Source: Armatimonadota bacterium (GTDB lineage: Bacteria; Vulcanimicrobiota; JACPDS01; JBDRKI01). Taken from it: a stretch of DNA of 14,703 bases. The notes under the pieces were generated by a model. The model was not told the DNA's origin. It saw only the letters and a list, made by a program, of their open reading frames with translations, and searched no databases. Shown in pieces: positions 9,001-14,703 of this stretch (the first letter of the stretch is position 1; each line of letters begins with the position of its first letter). Location: positions 1 through 14,703 of the forward strand of contig JBDRKI010000086.1 of NCBI GenBank assembly GCA_043814095.1. Reading direction: 5' to 3'. The position numbers and the translations under genes were made by a program.

Positions 9001-12000
9001 AATAAAAGCTCAACTAAGATTACTGACTACGCATACTCTTGAAATAAATGCTTTAATGCTGGAGGCAATGCCTGAAAAAATATTTAATCTGCCTGCCCAA
9101 ATAATAGAAAAAATACTGGAATACGCAGACGAAAAAACTGCAGAGAGAATAAAAAGCAGACTGCCTGAGAATATTACTGAATACCTCAATACGGAAAAAG
9201 ATATGCCTTTCAAGGCCGTTAAATCTACTTTTATTTTATTTAAAGAAACCGTTCTTGATAATAACACCAATGTGGGATTCAGTATATTAGGAAACAAGGA
9301 CTGCAGAAAGGTATTATCTCCTCAAGACTTCTCCTTTATAATCGAAAACATTATCCAGAACTCCATAAGCGCGTTTAACAGGCAGATTGCAGAAGATCCT
9401 GAGAGATACAAAGATAAACAGTATGAAGTTACCGTACAGTTTGCAGGCGCAAAAGAAGGTGAAGATGGTCCTGTAAATATAACATTAAGCGATAACGGCC
9501 CCGGCATACCTCCTGCTCTGCCTTCTGCAGATGGCAATATACCGAAAGTTAATAAAGAAACCATCTGGTATGCAGGCGTAACAGAAGGCGGGAAAGGATA
9601 CGGCCTTAGCCTTGTAAAGGAAAAAGTGGAAAAAGCAGGCGGCAGAATCTATGAAAACGGCAAATACGGAGAAGGCGTGCAGTTCTGTATAGAACTCCCC
9701 GGCAAAGAATCTAAACCGGCTGAGGTTAAACCCGAAGTTAAAATAACAGAGAAAGCCCCCGGAGATGGATTAATAAAAGGAACCGAGATAAATCTACAGC
9801 AGAGCGGCAGAAGTAAGGTACCGGGCAGCCCTGCGGAAACAAAAATAGGGCTTACAGAGACGCCAATTTCCTCATCGGAATTCGGCGGCAAAGCACCCGG
9901 CGCGGCCGGTATGTCTACAAGAAAGCCCGGCATGCATAACGGGGTAAATATAGGGATACCCATTTCCAAGCTTAACGTATTTCACGGGATCTTAAGAAAA
10001 ATAACCAAAGGATTGGAAAAACCAACCGTCAGAGTAGATAATTTTGAAATATTTTTCTACACACTTGCTAAAGAGAATGCAGAAGTAGCGGTAGAGATCT
10101 TAGAAAGATTGCTGGAAATAAATAATGAACAGGGATGGAATTTAAATAACCTTATTGATATATATAACCAAATAGCGCGTCTTGCGTCCGTAAGATTCCC
10201 TGAAGGAAGAGAAGCGCTTAAATCCTTATTTAACTGCGGTAATATAGAAAGAATAAAAGAAAATATTGCTAAAGTTTCTAGAGAAGAAGAATATAACCCA
10301 ATACTTAAAAAAGATAAAATATTAACCGCTAAAAACGGTAGAACCCCGGATATGGAAGTTGAACAAAGCCCCTTTGTAAATTCCATACTTAGTTCGCCCA
10401 TTTTGAGCGGCTTAGACAAAGATACCATGGGGCAATTAGATGTCTTTGCCCGCAGGACATCGAATCTGGCAAAACATCTTGCGACAAAACACAACCACCC
10501 GGATCCTAAGCTCCTTACTTTCAATATAGAAAAAGGATTAAATATAAATAAAAAGTTTAAAAAAGTTTTAAATATTGAAGAATTAGATGCTCTGGAAAAG
10601 ACAGCCACGGTATTTAACAGAAAATTCTATAAAGCTAAAACAAGTATGATCTTAACTAAATTAGAGCTGGACAGCATGCCTGTAAAGGATGCGCATAATA
10701 TGATTGTGACCTTCCTTGTCGCGGCATTTAATTATACTTTTTCTTCCCATTACAAAGTGGAAAACTTCATTGCTGAACTGCGCGAGCTCCAGGAAATATA
10801 CTTAGAAAACACAAAACAGTTCCAGAAGACCCTTACCCCTGAAGAAAATAAGATAAACAGTATAATCCTGGGAGTTACCCGCCAAGACCAGCGCCTGGCA
10901 ATAATAAAAGAGATAAAAAAGCTTCCTTCTAAATTAATAAATGATCTTATTGATAATAACTGCATAATTGTATTTGCGGAAGATGACACACTCTCAGAAC
11001 CTGTTTTAAATATGTATCTGGACAGAGAATCCGGACATCCCGAAAGTAAAAAATTAGTAATACTGGGACGGGATTCCAGAATGGATCTTACCTCGGCAAT
11101 TTTCAGGGAAACATCCTACCGCATACTGCATTCAAAAGGATTAGGATTCTTAAAAGAAGAGATTGAAAATATACAGACTGTTGCGGAAAAAGAATTCGGC
11201 CTTAAAGGAGAAGATTTTGAAGAATTCTTTGCCTCATCTTTCGGAGCTTTTTTAACAAATACTTATAAGACATATTTTTATACGGAAGTACTGTTGAAGG
11301 ATCTGTTTAAATGTCCGCTTATTAAAGGCAGGGGTATTAAAAAAGACTCTGCCAATAAACCCCTTGAAGAAATAATCAGGCTCTTAACTGAAATATATGA
11401 AAAATCAGGCGGAAAAGACATACCTTACGGAGAACAGCTTAATATAAAAGAAGTTCACACGGTTAAGCAGGAGCCGGCAAAAGACCACGGTAAAAGATGG
11501 ATGGGCGGAAAACCGGATAAAGAAATAACCCCTAATCCGGAATTTGAACGCCCGGGCCTTATGCCGGAAACACCTCCGGATGCCGAAATAAGCGAATACA
11601 ACAAGAAGCTTCTGCTGGCTTTATGGGAAACGGAAGGTAATAGAGTAGAGGCGGCAAAAACTTTAAATGCAGCCCCAAAAACCATCGGAACGCATGCCAA
11701 TAATTTCATAGAAAGCGCAACGGCCAGACAGCTGGAAGCATGCGCGCTTCAATTAAGCAAAGAATCCGGAAAACATATTACGGCAACCCAGCTTCTTAAG
11801 TACTGCGGTTATCAAAAATTCAACCGCTTGCTAACAACGCTCGGAAAAAATCATGAATCAATTAATCCGGAGTTTATCCAGACCACTCTCGGAATTCAAG
11901 GATTAAGTCCGAGCAAATGCAGGCTTTACATATTAAAATTAAAAGACACAGGGGCTGACTTTGAGAAAGAATTCAATCTTTCAGAACAGCAGATTAACTC

Positions 12001-14701
12001 AATCCTTGTTATTTTATCTAAATGTACCAAAGTAGACAGGGGCACTTTTTATATTCCGAAAACAACAGAAATTGAAAACGAAGCAAAGACAGAAGGAACA
12101 TCCAAAGCAGAAACTGCAAAAAAAATTAAAGAAATAAAAGACACTGAATACCATAATACTCTGCAAGAGATAGGAAAAAATTACGAAAATTTATATGCGG
12201 CTTTAAGGTCAACTTTAAGTCAAAGACCGGAAACTATAATCGGACTTAGAAATTACATCCGAGAATTAAAACAAAAAGGCATTGATTTTAAAGCTCAATA
12301 CAATTTAACTGCCAAAGAGGTCGAAGCAATATTACTCATACTAAAAAGTGCCCATCTAAGCAAACTAAAAGCACAGTATATGGCCGGCAAACAAAAATTC
12401 GCACCGAATCAACCCGGACTTACTTTCCCGCAGGAAGCACTGCCGGCAGAGCGAGCTACCGGTCCCCTGGCAGAAAAAGTTCAAGAGCCTAAATTAGAGT
12501 CTGCTATTGATACGATAATTACTATGGCAAAACAGCCGCCGGCAGAAACAAAAACAGCAAAACCCTCAGGTGCAGCTGGTGGTGAAAAATACACCATAGA
12601 ACAAAAAGCAGCAGCAATGATACAGATACATAGACAAACCGGCAGATACAGTTCAACAGAAGCTGCAAAAATTTTGAAAAAAGAAAGCAAAGAAATAATA
12701 AATGAGAGCATTATCAGACAACCACTTAACAAATTTATAGAAGAAGCTTCTTTTGAAAAATTACAAGAATGTGCTATAAAAGTTTCTGAAATACTTGGAG
12801 AAACTGTAACGGACGGCGAACTTCTGCTTGCCTGTACCACTAAACATTTTAGAGCCGCATTAACTGACTTAGGAAACCATCTTGCTAAATTTGATAATAG
12901 AATAGAAGCATCGGACATACAAGACATCCTAAAAAAACACAACATCAGAGAAGAAGCTTTTAATGAGTATTTAATAAAATTAAGTAAAAGCAATGCAAAT
13001 CTATCAAAAACGCATAAACTATCCCATGAACAGATAGATAATTTGGCTAAATTACTGACCCCCGATACAGATACTGTGCTCAGACTTCTTATTGAAGATC
13101 CCTATAAATTACAGCCGGAGTTTACAGCAGTACTTAGAGGAGTCTGTGGAGACAGAGCTGTAACCGGAGCCATAATTAAGTTAAGAAACCTAATAAAAAC
13201 ACATAGAGAAGTAGTTGAAAAACTCCTTGCAGATCCACTGGGGGTTGATAAAACTCAAAAACTGCTAAATACACTTGATCCTAAACAAATAGGAATAACA
13301 AAAGCTCCTGCAGAAGCCTCGCCTGAGCAAGTAGTTACATCAACTGTATCTACGGGTGATATCATACACGATAATCTGTCTATAACCGAAAGAGATATAG
13401 AAACTTTATATCACCATTGGATGAACCCGCATATAACTCAGGTTCCAAATTTAACAAATGTAAAAAATCGTTGTAGTCAATTAGCCAAAAACAAGCAACG
13501 GGAACTAATATACAGATTAAACGCACTGGCTAAAAAACGCGGAAAAAACAAAAAGATTGATATGCCTGCTCTTACATGGCTTCTTAGTCTTAATCGAAAT
13601 ATAACCTTAAAAGAAAAAGCCCCTCCTATTGAAGGATCTACATGGAGAAGCTACCCCAAGTCCGCACAGCCGGCTTCTGTGCCTTCGCCAAAACCAGAAC
13701 CCGTATCTGCACCGGAGCAGATTGAAAAAGCGGCATCCGCAAAAGAAAGTATCATAGAAGAAAAATATACTATTGAACAAAAAATATCTGCTATGATTAA
13801 AGCACACAGGCAAACGAAAATTTACAGTCCCGTCAGGGCGGCTCAGATATTAGAAGAAGAACATGGAACTCAAATAAAATCAAATTCTGTCGGCCAGCAT
13901 CTTAACAAATTCATAGAAAAACCAACTACTACAATTGAAATTTTAAATGCTTTAGCAAAAAAACTCGGTGTAAAAACCGAAGAGGTAATACTTGCCTGCT
14001 GTAAACAGCAGTTTAGAGTTTCATTAATTGAATTAGGCAAAGAATTAGCGGATAAAAATATCGGCCTCCCGGAAATAAGGAGCATCTTAAATTCGCATTC
14101 TATTAGAAAACTCCCGGATGAAGTTTTCTATAGATATATCTCAAAACTAAGAGACTGCGAAGCAGATCTTTCAAAAGATTACAATCTCAACCGTGAACAG
14201 ATAACCTATTTAGCCGGTTTATTCGAAAAAGGTAATACCCCGGATAAACTTACAACTGGCGGGACAAGCGCACCCTTGCAGGCTTCCAAAGCAAAAGCCA
14301 ATAAGACAAGAAAAAGAGGGGTATTCCCTGAACCAACACGCCCTGAAAAATTGAGTCATGAAAAAGCGGAATTCAGCCAGTGGGATGACGGCCTTACCGC
14401 TAAAGAACATCTGGTAATATACCTTCTGGAAAACAATAAAAACACTTTTCTTAAAAACCCCAAAAAGTATGTCGCGGATCTTATACACACCTACTGCCAG
14501 AAAAAAATCAAAGCTATTGATAAACTCATACAGCTTATCAAGAATAAAGAGCTTGTTATTCAGGGATTCAAAACCAGAGACATTAATATATTATTAACCG
14601 CGCTGGGCCAAGTTAGAGATGATATATCTAAAAAATCAGGGACAGCGACAGTAAAACAAGACACAGAACCCCAAAAAATAACGGAACCAACGCAAGCAGT
14701 A
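2..14701 (+). CDS. Giant multidomain protein, partial at both ends (>=4900 aa): five histidine-kinase-like modules, helical repeats, degenerate zincin-like domain, HTH-containing repeats
   Basis: Manual translation of frame +2 runs from KTGNVRLNSHKTEAIF... to ...KITEPTQAV with no stop. All recognisable motifs (five DNGxG boxes, five H-boxes, HTH) lie in this one frame, and composition is Lys/Glu/Leu/Ile-rich as for a soluble protein. Start and stop codons lie outside the window. Confidence 0.96.
900..1565 (+). repeat. Helical protein repeat family A, copies 1-2 (divergent)
   Basis: YLQGC (938) ... CYTPLLRKADNL, and YIEAC (1298) ... FLILAEFIKNTHEEVW. Spacing is 120 aa, and motif order matches the clearer copies at 2080-3028. 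Boundaries approximate. Confidence 0.6.
1796..1843 (+). repeat. Short imperfect tandem duplication (27-nt period) in a linker
   Basis: aatattccaaagtctccttct (NIPKSPS) at 1796 and aatattccaaaaccgccctct (NIPKPPS) at 1823. Confidence 0.7.
2080..3028 (+). repeat. Helical protein repeat family A, copies 3-5
   Basis: RENF..YVTGC (2117)..IYPDLINCFEKL..FLLEIINNCPDEIFKKHLN; RENF..YLRVC (2420)..VYTDVINCIVKL..FLLKFLSDCPDEIFKKQLN; YLEEC (2744)..YYTDLLKKADAL. Periods are 101 and 108 aa. The DNA actgccctgatgaaat occurs identically at 2313 and 2610. Confidence 0.85.
3083..3952 (+). other. Histidine kinase module 1 (HisKA-like + HATPase_c) within the giant CDS
   Basis: H-box IIRHDMRSPLASL (His codon 3101); N-box VLRNIFQD (3644; second Asn replaced by Asp); G1 VEDNGPGIP (Asp 3758); F/G2 VFEGDSSKGEGRGFGL; then NGGRIW...GNKFIMVF. 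Confidence 0.9.
4136..5047 (+). other. Histidine kinase module 2 (HisKA-like + HATPase_c)
   Basis: H-box FIRHDFNSPINSI (His 4154); N-box VAELINNALR (Glu 4748); G1 VSDNGPGVP (Asp 4859); RIFDEGETTTQKSGGTGGGL; C-terminus AHKGTIEATDTPGGGTTFVIELP, the most canonical of the five. Confidence 0.93.
5170..5800 (+). repeat. Helical protein repeat family A, copies 6-7
   Basis: YLHFC (5219)..PYLDII..FLIEFIETCPEEIF (Cys 5420); YFSEC (5552)..YYKDTLDKAESL. Period 111 aa. Boundaries approximate. Confidence 0.75.
5846..6706 (+). other. Histidine kinase module 3 (HisKA-like + HATPase_c)
   Basis: H-box EIRHNYRAPLNSL (His 5864); N-box VFRNLLENSKNA (6413); G1 SDNGPGV (Asp 6527); IFTGDSTTKGGTGFGL; NGGTIKENGKFGKGAEFNIEL. 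Confidence 0.9.
6767..7732 (+). other. Histidine kinase module 4 (HisKA-like + HATPase_c)
   Basis: H-box VITHDYKPRVNAL (His 6785); N-box VIFDNLIANSQN (7439); G1 SDNGLGIE (Asp 7553); VFNGYSSREDGTGSGL; AHGGKIYENGDYGEGAKFVLTIP. Confidence 0.88.
8480..8761 (+). repeat. Helical protein repeat family A, copy 8 (divergent)
   Basis: QLLVC (Cys 8540)..YYDFILL..HNNIPAEVKRHYEI (8720-8761), matching HNSLPSNVKKHYEI (2987-3028) at the end of copy 5. Confidence 0.65.
8786..9700 (+). other. Histidine kinase module 5 (divergent H-box + HATPase_c)
   Basis: H-box EIRHGLRSHIASL (His 8804); N-box IIENIIQNSISA (9347); G1 LSDNGPGIP (Asp 9491); IWYAGVTEGGKGYGL; AGGRIYENGKYGEGVQFCIELP. Confidence 0.87.
10880..11260 (+). 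other. Degenerate zincin (ATLF / Pro-Pro endopeptidase-like) metallopeptidase-fold domain, probably inactive
   Basis: Ordered motifs IKKLPSKLINDLIDNNCIIVF ... KKLVIL ... AIFRETSYRI (11105-11119, at the expected HExxH position) ... EEFFASSFGAFL (11219-11254, resembling the EFFAESF helix). Pattern match by eye only. Confidence 0.5.
11594..14224 (+). repeat. Protein repeat family B (~140-160 aa): three full copies (11594-12016, 12584-13057, 13760-14224) plus a C-terminal half copy (12146-12343)
   Basis: EKYTIEQKAAAMIQIHRQT..EAAKIL..LNKFIE..LLLAC vs EKYTIEQKISAMIKAHRQT..RAAQIL..LNKFIE..VILAC vs EAAKTL..ANNFIE..LLKYC. Shared tails: YILKLKDTGADFEKEFNLSEQQI / YIRELKQKGIDFKAQYNLTAKEV / YLIKLSKSNANLSKTHKLSHEQI / YISKLRDCEADLSKDYNLNREQI. 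Confidence 0.85.
11609..11686 (+). other. Fis-type (HTH_8-like) helix-turn-helix
   Basis: LLLALWETEGNRVEAAKTLNAAPKTI fits the Fis/NtrC C-terminal pattern ALxxxxGNxxxAAxxLGxxxxTL, with the turn Gly replaced by Asn. Confidence 0.7.
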
Positions 14702-14703
14702 CC

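Noticed and set aside
3644-9700. Alternative reading of the ATPase domains as Hsp90/MutL/gyrase/sacsin-type GHKL repeats
   Set aside because: Each has an upstream HisKA-like H-box and kinase-style G2 and C-terminal strands, with no following transducer domain evident.
10697-10745. Hydrophobic stretch NMIVTFLVAAFNYTF as a transmembrane helix
   Set aside because: Too short and interrupted by polar residues; more likely a buried helix.
133-14488. The minus-strand ORFs in the supplied track
   Set aside because: All lie antisense to the giant frame +2 CDS, are short, and are rich in Leu/Ser/Phe/Ile as expected for the reverse complement of A-rich coding DNA. Recurring words such as 'PGPLS' are just the antisense of DNGPG.
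12100-14701. Apparent shift toward A-ending codons (caa, cca, cta) in the C-terminal repeat region, hinting at mosaic origin
   Set aside because: An impression only and not quantified. It needs a sliding-window GC3/codon-usage analysis before it can be claimed.
1-14703. CRISPR arrays, tRNA/rRNA, IS elements, promoters, terminators
   Set aside because: No regularly spaced DNA repeats, RNA-gene signatures, transposase motifs or intergenic space were seen; the window is continuous coding sequence.

Overview
The whole window is the interior of one giant reading frame on the + strand (frame +2, 2..14701, 4900 codons). I found no stop codon in a manual translation, and neither the gene start nor its end is in view. 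The supplied ORF track misses it, probably because no stop codon closes it; the listed ORFs are antisense or off-frame shadows. The partial protein is hydrophilic and modular, with folded blocks separated by Pro/Ala/Lys/Gly-rich linkers. It contains: (i) five histidine-kinase-like cores (H-box plus HATPase_c N/G1/F/G2 boxes), arranged as two tandem pairs and one single, each with an unusually long H-box-to-N-box spacer; (ii) about eight copies of a ~100-120 aa helical repeat I do not recognise (YxxxC ... YxDLL ... CPDEIF), mostly just upstream of the kinase blocks; (iii) an apparently dead zincin/anthrax-lethal-factor-like domain (RExxY in place of HExxH); and (iv) a C-terminal ~150 aa repeat family whose first copy begins with a Fis-type HTH. 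I saw no receiver domain, transmembrane helix, RNA gene, CRISPR array or mobile element. All domain calls are by eye and need HMM or structure confirmation.
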